From NCBI GenBank assembly GCA_964423815.1, contig CAYRGW010000014.1, forward strand, positions 505-64,504: a stretch of DNA of 64,000 nucleotides, written 5' to 3'. Under the pieces are notes generated by a model. The model did no database searches. It saw only the letters and a program-made list of their open reading frames with translations, and was not told where the DNA came from. The translations under genes were made by a program, and so were the position numbers. This document shows, piece by piece, positions 1 to 9,831 of this stretch. Position 1 is the first letter of the stretch. Each line of letters begins with the position of its first letter. This DNA is from an uncultured Solibacteraceae bacterium (GTDB lineage Bacteria; Acidobacteriota; Vicinamibacteria; Vicinamibacterales; SCN-69-37).

Positions 1-2103
1 GCGGAACATGGCCCCGGTCTCCAGCGTGACCACCGGCAGCAACACGTCCGCCTCCCGAAGCGCCGTTCTGATGGTCGGCAGCAGGACCGCTTCGTCGTTC
101 ACCACGGTGCGCACATGCATCGTCATGCCACTGCGAAACCGATGGGCCTGTGGGCGATAGACATGCGCCAATGAGTCCTCGTCATTCATCTGGTGGCGGA
201 TGGGGGGCGCGATGCCGATGACCTGGACGAGCTCGGGCGCCAGATCCTGTCCACGGTTGATCTGTATCTGTCGGCCCAACGGGTCGGCGGTGCCAAACAC
301 CCTGGTGGCGAGCGCTTCATCGATGATCGCCACGAGTGGTGTATCGGCGGATGTGACCTCTGCGAGCGAAAAGTCGCGCCCGCGCAGGAGCTGCAGCCCC
401 AGCGACGGGAAGTAGTCCTGCGTCACCGACTGCATGATGGCGGAGGTCACGGCCGTGTCGTAGTCCGGATCAGACCTGCGCCGGACGGGACCGGGCTGCT
501 GAACCGAGGAGGCTTCGGTGACGTCGCCGAAGGGCATGAGGGAGCTCAGCGAGGCGTGGGTGACGCCTGGAATGCGCCGCACGCGATCAAGGGCGTCGCC
601 ATAGACCGCCTGTGAGCGAGGGCGATCAAACCCGGCGAGGCTGGTGTCGAGCCCGGCGTGAATGCCGCGATCAAACGAAAACCCCGGATCCACTTCAGCG
701 GCGACCCACGCACCACGAATAAAGGCTCCGGCCGTGGTCAGGAGGGCTAGGCTCAGCGCGAGCTGGCCCATCACCAGCACATGGCGCACCTGAAAACGCG
801 CGCGGCCGCGCAGGGGCAGTTCGCCGGCCTGTTCCTTCAGCGCCGGGAGGACATCGGCACGTGAGGCCGCCAGCGCGGGTCCGAGGCTGGAGAACACGGT
901 GCCGATCACAGAGAAGGCCAATGTGGCCAGGAAGATGCGGGCGTCCGGGGCAGTTTCGATCGTGAGCATGACGGGCAACAGTCCGTTCATCCCACTCACC
1001 AGTGCCCGCATCGCACCCATGGCGACCACAAGCGCCAGTCCGCCACCAATGAGCGAGAGCAGCAGGCTCTCGGTCATCAGCTGGCGCACAACCTGCGCAC
1101 GCGACCCTCCAATCGAGAGCCGGATCGCAAACTCCTTGGCGCGCGCTGATCCACGGGCCAGCTGCATGTTGGCGAGGTTGAGCGCGGCAATCAGCAGGAC
1201 AATGCCCGACATGGCGAGCAGGCTGGCTCCCAGCACGGCCACCGGCGCTTCGGAGTCCGGGTCGGTGGAGATGCTCAGGCGGGATATGGGCTGGATGACG
1301 AGTTGCTGGGCCGCGTTCTCTGCGGGAAACGCCGCCTCCAGGGCCGCGCTGATGGTGTCCAGGCCGGGCATGGCCGCCTCGGGGCTCAGGCCCTCACGCA
1401 GCCGGCCGTACACGATGAGTGTGTGGTGGCGTCGGTCGCGCAAGGTCCCCGCCGCATCGTCAGCCGCGAAGTTATTGACCACGCTGTCGTACACACCCGT
1501 GGGCAGCCACAACTCCGGCGTCACCATCACCGTGGTGCCCGAAAACCCCTCGGGGGCCACACCCACGACCGTGAAGTCCCGCTGGTTGATCCGGATGATT
1601 TCGCCGATCGTGTTGGCGCGTGCGCCCATGCGTTCCCACAGGTTGTAGCTGAGGATCGTCACGGGGATGTCCGCGCCCGGCAGCTCTTCCTCTCTGGAAA
1701 AGCTCCGGCCCATCGCCAGCGGGACATCAAACGTGCGGAACAGGTCGCCGGTGGTGATGTCGATGAAGGCCCGGCGCGTGGTCTCGCCTTCGGTGATGCC
1801 GACCATGCCCGCGTTGTGGGCGGTCAGCGACGCAAATACATCGGTGCGCGCGCGCAAATCGGAGAAGTTGTCGTAGGAAAACGCTCGATAGGAATCCGGT
1901 TCGGTCCGGTGTTTGCTGAAGACCTGGACCAGTTCCTCTCCCGCGCCTGGCCGCGGCTTGAGAATCAGCTCGTTCACCAGGCTGAACATCGTCGTGTTGG
2001 CCCCGATGCCAATCCCGAGGATCAATACCGCCATGAGGGCGAATCCCGGTTGCCGCTTGAAGAGGCGGAGGCCAAAGCGGATGTTCTGAAAGAAAGCGGT
2101 CAT
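1..2103 (-). CDS. ADOP-family (MacB/FtsX-like) ABC transporter permease, C-terminus cut by the window edge
   Basis: Absent from the ORF track because it runs off the left edge. Hand translation of the minus strand from ATG 2103 (GGAGG just upstream) gives MTAFFQNIRFGLRLFKRQPGFALMAVLILGIGIGANTTMFSLVNELILKPRPG... It stays open for 701 codons to base 1. It has an N-terminal TM, a large periplasmic domain, then an FtsX-type segment (...LLIAALNLANMQLARGSARAKEFAIRLSIGGSRAQVVRQLMTESLLLSLIGG...). It is paralogous to the 27213-29894 protein. Confidence 0.85.
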   Translation of the reverse strand, partial: MTAFFQNIRFGLRLFKRQPGFALMAVLILGIGIGANTTMFSLVNELILKPRPGAGEELVQVFSKHRTEPDSYRAFSYDNFSDLRARTDVFASLTAHNAGMVGITEGETTRRAFIDITTGDLFRTFDVPLAMGRSFSREEELPGADIPVTILSYNLWERMGARANTIGEIIRINQRDFTVVGVAPEGFSGTTVMVTPELWLPTGVYDSVVNNFAADDAAGTLRDRRHHTLIVYGRLREGLSPEAAMPGLDTISAALEAAFPAENAAQQLVIQPISRLSISTDPDSEAPVAVLGASLLAMSGIVLLIAALNLANMQLARGSARAKEFAIRLSIGGSRAQVVRQLMTESLLLSLIGGGLALVVAMGAMRALVSGMNGLLPVMLTIETAPDARIFLATLAFSVIGTVFSSLGPALAASRADVLPALKEQAGELPLRGRARFQVRHVLVMGQLALSLALLTTAGAFIRGAWVAAEVDPGFSFDRGIHAGLDTSLAGFDRPRSQAVYGDALDRVRRIPGVTHASLSSLMPFGDVTEASSVQQPGPVRRRSDPDYDTAVTSAIMQSVTQDYFPSLGLQLLRGRDFSLAEVTSADTPLVAIIDEALATRVFGTADPLGRQIQINRGQDLAPELVQVIGIAPPIRHQMNDEDSLAHVYRPQAHRFRSGMTMHVRTVVNDEAVLLPTIRTALREADVLLPVVTLETGAMFR

Positions 2104-2191
2104 GGGCCTCCATACGGCCCTGGAGGGGCCGAAGTTCGGCTGATGGGGCTACAATCTGCCCATCAGATCAGCAACAGTCCCTGGAGGCGAT

Positions 2192-4747
2192 GTGAAAACG
2201 ACGCGAGTTTTGATGGTGGCGGCAGGTGTGATGACCCTGGCGATGGCCGTGCCGACGGGCCTCTCCGGGCAGGCCGGCGGCGGGCAGGCAGCGGCGGCGG
2301 GTGGAAGGGCTGGGCAGGGTGCCCCGGCACGGATTCCCTCGATTGCCGACCGCACCGGCTCCATGCAGAAAATTGACGGGTTCTTCCCGATGTATTGGGA
2401 TGAGTCCACCGGGGGCCTCTTCCTCGAGATTCCCCGGCTCGGCCAGGAGGTCCTCTACGTGAGTGGCCTCTCGGCGGGCGTCGGCTCGAACGACATTGGT
2501 CTCGACCGGGCCCAACTGGGTGGCGACGCCGTCGTGAGTTTCCAGCGCGTCGGGCCGCGCGTCCTGATGGTGCAACCGAACCTCGACTGGCGCGCCAACA
2601 GCGACAACGCCGCCGAGCGCAAATCCATGGAGGACGCATTTGCCAAATCCATCCTCTGGGGATTTGCCGTCGCTGCCGAGTCCAATGGCCGGGTACTCAT
2701 CGACTTCAGCGACTTCATCATGCGCGACACCCACAACGTGGGACCACGTCTGGGTGGTCATCGGTTTGACCGCACGCGCAGTGCGGTGAATATCGAGGGC
2801 ACCAAGGGGTTTCCCCAGAACACCGAGATCGACGTCATCTCCACGTTTGTGAGTGAGGCCGGCGGTGGTGGTCGAGGTGGTGGTGGGGCCGGCCAGATTG
2901 GCGGCCGTCTGGGCGACGTGGCACCGAATCCTGGGGCGGTGACCGTGCGCCAGCATCACTCGATCATCGAGTTGCCCGACAACAACTACACCCCGCGCCT
3001 GATGGACCCGCGGTCCGGCTACGGCGGCGTGAGTTACTCCGACTATGCACAGCCGCTCGGGACCGACCTGCGCGTGCGGTATATCAACCGCCATCGCCTG
3101 GTGAAGAAGGACCCCAGTGCTGCGCGCAGTGAACCGGTCGAGCCGATCATCTATTACGTCGATCGTGGTGCGCCGGAACCCATTCGCACGGCCCTGATCG
3201 AAGGTGGCCGCTGGTGGAACGAGGCCTACGAGGCCGCCGGGTTCATCAACGCGTTCCGTGTCGAGGTGATGCCCGAGGGCGCCGACCCGATGGACGTGCG
3301 CTACAACACGATCACGTGGGTGCACCGGTCGACGCGTGGGTGGAGTTACGGGTCGTCGATTACCGACCCGCGCACCGGCGAAATCATGAAGGGCCATGTG
3401 AGCCTCGGCTCGCTGCGGTGGCGTCAGGACTATCTGATTTTTGAAGGCCTCCTCTCTCCGTATGCGACCGGTGCCGAGACACCGGCGATTCTCGAAGAGA
3501 CCGCGCTCGCGCGTATCCGTCAGCTCTCCGCCCACGAAATCGGTCACACGATTGGCCTGGGGCACAACTACTACAACAGCACCAAGGGCCGCATCTCGGT
3601 GCTCGACTACCCACATCCGCTCATCACGTTGCGGCCCGATGGCACGATGGACCTCTCCGACGCGTATGACGTGGGCATCGCCGAATGGGACAAGGTGGCG
3701 ATTCAGTACGGCTACACGCAGTTCCCCTCCGGCACCAACGAGACGGCGGCGCTCAAGAAGATTCTTGATGACGCGTGGGAGCAGGACATCCGGTACATGT
3801 CCAATCAGGACCTTGACCTGAACCCGGGTGTGGACCAGTGGAACAACGGCACCGATGAGGCCGCTGAGTTGACGCGCATTCTGGAGCTGCGCCGCGCCGC
3901 GATGGAAGGTTTTGGCGAACGTGCGATCAAGGTCGGCCGCCCGATGGCGCTGATTGAGGAAGCGCTGGTGCCGGTCTACCTGCATCACCGGTACGCGGTG
4001 GATTCTGCGGTCACGGCGCTTGGGGGACAGGAATACATCTATGCCATGCGTGGTGACGGCCGGACACCCGTTCGCTGGGCCCCTGCCGCCCGACAGACCA
4101 AAGCGCTTGACGCGTTGATGAGTGCGCTGCGACTGTCGGATCTGGTGCTGCCGTCCGCGGTGGTCCAGAACATTCCGCCGCGTCCGCCCGGGTTCGGGGC
4201 CAACCGCGAGATGTTCCCGCGCATGACCGGTGGCGCGTTTGATCCCGTCACACCTGCGGTGGCCGCCACTGAAGTGGTGCTCGGCGGCATCTTCTCCAAC
4301 ACCCGGGCGGCACGTCTCGTGGCGCAGAAGGCAGTCGATGCGTCGTTGCCGGGGCTTGAGGACGTGCTCAACCGGTTGAACGCCACGGTGTTTGACGCGC
4401 GTCCGGCCAATGCCTACGAGTCGGAGATCAATCGCGCGATGGAACGCGCATTGGTCTCACGGTTGATGACGATGGCGGAGTCGGCGCCGATGACGCAGGT
4501 GCGCGCGATCGCGACGCAGGCACTCAAGTCCCTGCCGACGCGCGCCACACTGCTGCCGGCCAATTCGGGCACCAACACCGCCGAACGCGCCCATCGTCAG
4601 CTCCTGGCCGACGACATCAAACGTTTTCTCGATCGCCCGTACACCGAGCTGCGTCCCGCCTCGATCCCCGCGCCCCCACCCGGCGCGCCGATCGGCGACT
4701 TCGGGTTGGATTACCTGCTCGGGTTGGACGTTTGCAGAATCAGATAG
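2192..4747 (+). CDS. Secreted zinc metalloprotease (metzincin-type HExxHxxGxxH; DUF4953/DUF5117-like)
   Basis: 851-aa ORF with a GTG start preceded by GGAGG. Signal peptide MKTTRVLMVAAGVMTLAMAVPTG. Motif HEIGHTIGLGHN fits HExxHxxGxxH. Confidence 0.85.
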   Translation: MKTTRVLMVAAGVMTLAMAVPTGLSGQAGGGQAAAAGGRAGQGAPARIPSIADRTGSMQKIDGFFPMYWDESTGGLFLEIPRLGQEVLYVSGLSAGVGSNDIGLDRAQLGGDAVVSFQRVGPRVLMVQPNLDWRANSDNAAERKSMEDAFAKSILWGFAVAAESNGRVLIDFSDFIMRDTHNVGPRLGGHRFDRTRSAVNIEGTKGFPQNTEIDVISTFVSEAGGGGRGGGGAGQIGGRLGDVAPNPGAVTVRQHHSIIELPDNNYTPRLMDPRSGYGGVSYSDYAQPLGTDLRVRYINRHRLVKKDPSAARSEPVEPIIYYVDRGAPEPIRTALIEGGRWWNEAYEAAGFINAFRVEVMPEGADPMDVRYNTITWVHRSTRGWSYGSSITDPRTGEIMKGHVSLGSLRWRQDYLIFEGLLSPYATGAETPAILEETALARIRQLSAHEIGHTIGLGHNYYNSTKGRISVLDYPHPLITLRPDGTMDLSDAYDVGIAEWDKVAIQYGYTQFPSGTNETAALKKILDDAWEQDIRYMSNQDLDLNPGVDQWNNGTDEAAELTRILELRRAAMEGFGERAIKVGRPMALIEEALVPVYLHHRYAVDSAVTALGGQEYIYAMRGDGRTPVRWAPAARQTKALDALMSALRLSDLVLPSAVVQNIPPRPPGFGANREMFPRMTGGAFDPVTPAVAATEVVLGGIFSNTRAARLVAQKAVDASLPGLEDVLNRLNATVFDARPANAYESEINRAMERALVSRLMTMAESAPMTQVRAIATQALKSLPTRATLLPANSGTNTAERAHRQLLADDIKRFLDRPYTELRPASIPAPPPGAPIGDFGLDYLLGLDVCRIR

Positions 4748-4755
4748 CTGTCTAA

Positions 4756-4810
4756 GACGTCGGGTGTCTTTTTTTGCTAACGCCTAGAGCGAAAAAAGAC
4801 ACCCGACGTC
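4756..4810. repeat. Palindromic intergenic repeat 'Z', copy 1 (19-bp perfect stem, 17-nt loop)
   Basis: GACGTCGGGTGTCTTTTTT (4756-4774) is the exact reverse complement of AAAAAAGACACCCGACGTC (4792-4810). It lies between convergent genes ending at 4747 and 4818. The same element occurs inverted at 48580-48632, and a half copy lies at 49643-49672. Confidence 0.8.
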
Positions 4811-4817
4811 GTTGTCG

Positions 4818-5270
4818 TTATGACTGTGGTTTGAAATACAGCACCATCGAGGCGCCGGCGACGACCATGATGAATCCGAGATACAGCAGCGGATTCGGTG
4901 TCTCTTTCGGCGGGTGCAGGTACATGGTGAACAGCACGTTCACGACCGGGGCACCGCCGAACACAAGCGGCATCACGTAGGTCGGAATGCCGCCCGCGCG
5001 GAAGGCATAGATGATGAACACGGCGCCAATCGCGCCGAGCATCCCGGCCGCCGTGGCACCAAACGCCCCATCCATCGACCAGCCCTTCGTCAGTTGTCCC
5101 TGTGACGCCAGGACCACCATCGGCACAACCACGCCGACGAGGAAATAGGCGACCCCCACGCACAACAGCGCCTTGAACGGGCTGCCGAGTTTGACCTGAC
5201 CCTGGTGAAGCGCAGGACCGTACAGCCCCCACGACAACGCCGCCCCGAGCGCAAAAATCACCCAATGCAT
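4818..5270 (-). CDS. Small polytopic membrane protein (half-size DMT/EamA-like), function unknown
   Basis: 150 aa and almost entirely hydrophobic, with about 4-5 predicted TM segments by eye. Last gene of the cco-act array, 19 nt after the preceding gene. Confidence 0.6.
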   Translation of the reverse strand: MHWVIFALGAALSWGLYGPALHQGQVKLGSPFKALLCVGVAYFLVGVVVPMVVLASQGQLTKGWSMDGAFGATAAGMLGAIGAVFIIYAFRAGGIPTYVMPLVFGGAPVVNVLFTMYLHPPKETPNPLLYLGFIMVVAGASMVLYFKPQS

Positions 5271-5289
5271 GGAGACATACTAACGCGCT

Positions 5290-5952
5290 CTACCGTAACC
5301 CGCGCAGGAGGAACATCACCCCCATCGCCAGTACAAAGACCTGCGACAGCCGGTTGAGCGCGGGGCGGCGCTTCACGATGAGTTCGTCGGCGAACGACAA
5401 CATCAACAACGCCGGCACGGTGCCCGCGCCGAAGAGGGCCAGGGCGAGTGCGCCATCCACCAGCCCGCCCTGCGCGATGGCACCCACAACCGCCGTGTAG
5501 ACAAGCCCGCAGGGCAACAGGCCGAGCGCCAGACCGAGCGTCAAAGGATGCGCGGGCATACGTGCGCTGAGTCGAGAGACGACACGTGACAACCAGCTCG
5601 TGCTCAAGATGCGGGGACCGACGTCGGTCAACACCGCCAGACTCCAGATCACCAGCATCACGCCGGCCAGAATCAGGGCCGCCTGTTGCAGTCCCACCAG
5701 GTCACCCACGGCGCCCACGGCCAAGCCCATCGCGCCGGCCGCAGTTCCCAGGAGCATGTACGTGGTGAGTCGTCCGACGTGATACCAGGTCTGCGCGAGC
5801 CACGACGGTCGTGTGTCGCCGGCGTACCGCCGAGACACCATGATCACAAACGGCGAACACATCCCCACACAATGCCCGAGACCACCGAGCAGGCCGAGTG
5901 TCAGAAAACCCAGCAGGTCGAGGTGTGACGCGACCGCGTGTGTGTGCTCCAT
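5290..5952 (-). CDS. DsbD_2 / TauE-SafE-like membrane protein (HCxxMC and LPCG motifs)
   Basis: 220 aa and polytopic. Motifs GGLGHCVGMCSPF and GLLPCGLVY match the family usually annotated as sulfite exporter TauE/SafE or UreH-like (PF13386, from recollection). Confidence 0.7.
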   Translation of the reverse strand: MEHTHAVASHLDLLGFLTLGLLGGLGHCVGMCSPFVIMVSRRYAGDTRPSWLAQTWYHVGRLTTYMLLGTAAGAMGLAVGAVGDLVGLQQAALILAGVMLVIWSLAVLTDVGPRILSTSWLSRVVSRLSARMPAHPLTLGLALGLLPCGLVYTAVVGAIAQGGLVDGALALALFGAGTVPALLMLSFADELIVKRRPALNRLSQVFVLAMGVMFLLRGLR

Positions 5953-5964
5953 CTCAACATCGGG

Positions 5965-7179
5965 TCAGGACTGATACGCGAGGCACTCGGCCAGCGATGG
6001 ATCCTTGAGCGGCACCGCATCGTGTCGCGCCAGCGCCCAGCCAAACACGAGCGTGAAGAGACCAAGGAATCCCAGCGTTACCAGAAACTCAACGACGGGC
6101 AACTGCGCATGTGCGGGTTCGCCGCCATGCCCCAGCGCCGGTGCCACCATCAGGTAGAGCTCCCAGAATTGCGCGACCAGGATGACCATCGCCATCGACA
6201 CCAGGCGACCGGGCGTCCGTTTGGCTGTGCGCGGCAGCAACACCAGGAACGGCACCACAAACTTCAATACCGGCAACACCAGCATGTAGGGCAACCAGCC
6301 GTTGGCGGTCCGCTTCAGGAAATACACCGTCTCTTCCGGCAGGTTCGCGTACCAAATCAACATGAACTGGCAGAAGTAGATGTAGGCCCAGAAACCCGTC
6401 CACGCAAACAGCATCTTGCCCAGCGAGTGCAGGTGATTGTCATTGAGGAATCCACGCAGGGTTCCGGACATCACCAGCAGCCCGGCGACGATGGCGACAA
6501 AGGCCGTGCCGCTCTGCATGACGTCGGTAAACACGAGCACGGCCATCATCGTCGAGAACCAATGCGGCTCGAGCGACATCAGGAAGTAGAAACTGATCAC
6601 GCTGAGCGTCAGCGCGAAGATGACGATGAAGAGGGCAGAGAGTGCGCGCCGCTGTCGGCTCAACGCGACGCCGCCGTCTCGGTCCTGCCGGTAGGAACTG
6701 CCCACGAGTAACTGACCAAACACCGCCCACAACAGCAGGCTGCCTCCAACCAGTGCCCAGAACATGCCCATGTTGAGGAACGACGCCTTGTGCAGCAGGA
6801 GCGGATCGGTCGCGACCACATCCGCATGGGTCCACTCATAGAGTGAATGTGCCCCCAGGCCGAGTCCCAGTGCGAGCAGACCTCCGGGGATCAGCCAGGC
6901 GGTCATCGCTTCAGGAATTCGCCGCATCGTGACCGACCACGTGGCGCCGGAGAGATTCAGGATCGCGAGCCACGCGGCGCCAAACACGCCGAGGCCCAGC
7001 GTAAAGAACACTCCGATGAGATACGCGCTCCATGCGTGGGTGGCGTCGCCGGTGCTGAACGTCCACGCGAGCGTCGCCGCGCCAACCAGTGCGGCCACGG
7101 CGGCCAGACCACGCACCGAGGCGGGCAGACTGAGCCGCGGAGGCGGCGGCGCAAGTTCAACTGTGTGCGGGTGACTCAT
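5965..7179 (-). CDS. actF: Alternative Complex III subunit ActF (NrfD-like polytopic membrane subunit)
   Basis: Polytopic membrane protein in the sixth position of the act cluster. I trimmed the track ORF (5965-7320, R-rich N-terminus) to ATG 7179 (MSHPHTVELAPP...), 7 nt after the actE stop. Confidence 0.8.
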   Translation of the reverse strand: MSHPHTVELAPPPPRLSLPASVRGLAAVAALVGAATLAWTFSTGDATHAWSAYLIGVFFTLGLGVFGAAWLAILNLSGATWSVTMRRIPEAMTAWLIPGGLLALGLGLGAHSLYEWTHADVVATDPLLLHKASFLNMGMFWALVGGSLLLWAVFGQLLVGSSYRQDRDGGVALSRQRRALSALFIVIFALTLSVISFYFLMSLEPHWFSTMMAVLVFTDVMQSGTAFVAIVAGLLVMSGTLRGFLNDNHLHSLGKMLFAWTGFWAYIYFCQFMLIWYANLPEETVYFLKRTANGWLPYMLVLPVLKFVVPFLVLLPRTAKRTPGRLVSMAMVILVAQFWELYLMVAPALGHGGEPAHAQLPVVEFLVTLGFLGLFTLVFGWALARHDAVPLKDPSLAECLAYQS

Positions 7180-7186
7180 GATGTCC

Positions 7187-7852
7187 TCACTTGATCGGGG
7201 CCGTCGGCGGTGTCGCCGAGGCCGGCGTTGTCGCAGGTGTCGCCGGCGGCGGCGCAACGGGTTCAACCGACTGCATCTGCCTGATGTAGTGCACGACAGA
7301 CCACGCGTCCCGCGTATCAATCTGCCGGGCGTGGCTGGGCATCGAGCCCTGCCCGCGCATCGGACGATGGAACAACTCGCCGTCCGGCCAGTCGCGCACC
7401 TTCTGCGTCATCAGGCTGGGTGGCTTCGGGAAAAGGGCGGTCACGTGTCCATCCCCGGCGCCCCTGGGGCCATGGCAGGTGATGCAGACGTTCTCGTAGA
7501 TGAACTTCCCGTGCGCCACCACCTCGGGCGTCGACGGAAGGGGATTGACCAACTCGGCGCCCGCCAGCGCCGCCTCGTTCTGCGCGTAGGGGTAGGGCGT
7601 GTCGCCCACGGCAACGGTGCCCGCGGGTGGTTCAAGCATGCCGGTGACACGACCGCTGCCAAAGGGGTCGTTGCGCTGTGGCTTGATCTTCGGCTGGTCA
7701 ATCATGTCCAGCCGGTTGCCTTCCCGGTGCGGCGAGCGTCCGGCCGGCAGACCGACGTCACAGCCGGTCAGCAGCACGGTCAGCGCTCCGAGTACAAGAG
7801 CGGGGATGCGGTTATTCACGGACGCCTCCAGAAGCATCAACAATGCGCACAT
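7187..7852 (-). CDS. actE: Alternative Complex III subunit ActE (monoheme cytochrome c lipoprotein)
   Basis: Single CxxCH (CITCHG). Lipobox LLTGC. The start is uncertain; an alternative GTG at 7819 would overlap the actD stop by only 8 nt. Confidence 0.8.
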   Translation of the reverse strand: MCALLMLLEASVNNRIPALVLGALTVLLTGCDVGLPAGRSPHREGNRLDMIDQPKIKPQRNDPFGSGRVTGMLEPPAGTVAVGDTPYPYAQNEAALAGAELVNPLPSTPEVVAHGKFIYENVCITCHGPRGAGDGHVTALFPKPPSLMTQKVRDWPDGELFHRPMRGQGSMPSHARQIDTRDAWSVVHYIRQMQSVEPVAPPPATPATTPASATPPTAPIK

Positions 7853-8366
7853 GGTCCGCGCCGAGCGACGTCACAAATCCGCGCGCATCGTCGCTGGTCC
7901 ACTTGGGGTCGGTGGACGCGATCCAGATCACGAAGCGATCCACGGTCGCGCCGGTCGGAAGCAGCGGCGGCGGGGGCTTGAGCGCCCCTGTGCGCTTGCC
8001 GGCGACCACGGCGATAATCGCGGACCCGATGGCGGCCCAGAAGACCATCGCTTCAAACGTGATGGGGATAAACGCCGGCCACGACGCGTGTGGTTTGCCG
8101 CCGAAGTTCATCGGCCAGTCGTACACCATCACGTAGTTCTGCAGTCCCTGGGCGAACGCGATGCCACCAAACGCCAGCGCGAGTGTCGCCCACGGGATCC
8201 ACGATCGCTTCAGGCCCATGGCATCGTCCATGCCGTGGACGGGGAAGGGGGTCAACATGTCGAAGTGGGTCCAGCCGGCGTCGCGCACCCTGGCCGCCGC
8301 CGCCAGCGCGTCGTCCGGTTCGTAGAAGTCGCCGAGAATCCCGGCGGTTGTATCAGGTGTCATCAC
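7812..8366 (-). CDS. actD: Alternative Complex III subunit ActD (DUF3341)
   Basis: 184 aa with a soluble N-terminal part followed by two TM helices. Lies between the NrfD-like and monoheme subunits, 1 nt after the actC stop. Confidence 0.8.
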   Translation of the reverse strand: MMTPDTTAGILGDFYEPDDALAAAARVRDAGWTHFDMLTPFPVHGMDDAMGLKRSWIPWATLALAFGGIAFAQGLQNYVMVYDWPMNFGGKPHASWPAFIPITFEAMVFWAAIGSAIIAVVAGKRTGALKPPPPLLPTGATVDRFVIWIASTDPKWTSDDARGFVTSLGADHVRIVDASGGVRE

Positions 8367-8367
8367 G

Positions 8368-9831
8368 TCAGACCTCCTGCGCGCGTGCCCGCGCCACTTT
8401 TGGATCCATCACGCCCTTGACCTCTGACATTGCGACCACAGGCAGGAATCGGACGAACAACAGGAACAAGGTAAAGAAGAGTCCGAAGGACCCCACAAGG
8501 ATGGCGTAGTCCCAGAACGTGAGCGCATACATGCCCCACGATGACGGCAGGAAGTCGCGGTGCAGCGAGGTCACGACGATGACAAACCGCTCGAACCACA
8601 TCCCGACGTTGACCAGGATCGACACGATGAAGAGCACGAGTGTGTTGCGCCGCATCGCCTTCGACCAGAAGATCTGCGGGACGATCGCGTTGCAGGTGAA
8701 CATGATGGCGTAGGCCCACCAGTAGGGCCCAAACGCGCGGTTCTTGAAGACAAAACCTTCCCACTCGCTGCCCGAATACCACGCCATGAAGAACTCGGTC
8801 GCGTAGGCGAAGCCGACGAGCATGCCGGTGAGCATCAGGATTTTCGCCATCTGCTCCATGTGGTTGATCGTGACGTAGTTCTTCAGGCCGAAGTAGCCGC
8901 GCATGAAGGTCATCAGTGTGATGACCATCGCGAAGCCGGAGAAGATGGCGCCAATGACGAAGTAGGGCGGGAAGATCGTCGTATGCCAGCCCGGCATCAC
9001 CGACGTCGCGAAGTCAAACGACACGATGGTGTGGACGGAGAAGACCAGGGGCGTCGCCAGCGCGGCCAGAATCAGGTACGCCGATTCGTAGTGACGCCAC
9101 GCGCGGTTGGAGCCGGTCCAGCCCAGGCTCAACGCGTTGTAGAGCTTCTTGCGCCAGGGGTGGGTCGCGCGGTCACGCACCGTGGCCAGATCCGGCAGCA
9201 GGCCGAGATACCAGAACGTGAGTGACACGAGACCGTAGGTGGAGATGGCGAAGATGTCCCACGCCAGCGGCGAGTTGAAGTTGACCCACAGCGGGCCGCG
9301 GGCGTTGGGATACGGCACCAGCCAGTAGGCAAACCACGCACGACCGAGGTGGATGACCGGGAAGATGCCGGCGCAGGCGACGGCAAAGAGGGTCATCGCT
9401 TCAGCCGTCCGGTTGATGCCCGTGCGCCACTGCTGGCGGAAGAGGAACAACACGGCCGAAATCAATGTGCCGGCGTGGCCGATGCCGATCCAGAACACGA
9501 AGTTGACGATGAATGAGCCCCAGCCGACAGGCTGATTAACGCCGAGGATGCCCATCCCGCCGTAGAACAACGTGATCAGCGAAAAGATGAGCACCGACAA
9601 GCAGGCCAACGCCACGCTGAACGCGATCCACCAGCGTCTGGTCGGAAACTGCTCCGCGTGCATGCAGATGTCACCGTCAACCTCCGCCCACTTCTTGGCG
9701 CCGGTCACCAGTGGTTCCGGCACCTCGATGTCACCCCCGTAGGGGCCCGCGCCCACCAGCACGATCGGGTGGCCCGTGAGCTGGCTGTCGTCCATTACCG
9801 TCGCGTACGGACTTTGCTCATGCCTGGTCAT
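8368..9831 (-). CDS. actC: Alternative Complex III subunit ActC (NrfD/PsrC-like quinol-interacting membrane subunit)
   Basis: 487 aa with about 10 TM segments and NrfD-like composition. Overlaps the actB stop by 14 nt. Confidence 0.85.
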   Translation of the reverse strand: MTRHEQSPYATVMDDSQLTGHPIVLVGAGPYGGDIEVPEPLVTGAKKWAEVDGDICMHAEQFPTRRWWIAFSVALACLSVLIFSLITLFYGGMGILGVNQPVGWGSFIVNFVFWIGIGHAGTLISAVLFLFRQQWRTGINRTAEAMTLFAVACAGIFPVIHLGRAWFAYWLVPYPNARGPLWVNFNSPLAWDIFAISTYGLVSLTFWYLGLLPDLATVRDRATHPWRKKLYNALSLGWTGSNRAWRHYESAYLILAALATPLVFSVHTIVSFDFATSVMPGWHTTIFPPYFVIGAIFSGFAMVITLMTFMRGYFGLKNYVTINHMEQMAKILMLTGMLVGFAYATEFFMAWYSGSEWEGFVFKNRAFGPYWWAYAIMFTCNAIVPQIFWSKAMRRNTLVLFIVSILVNVGMWFERFVIVVTSLHRDFLPSSWGMYALTFWDYAILVGSFGLFFTLFLLFVRFLPVVAMSEVKGVMDPKVARARAQEV

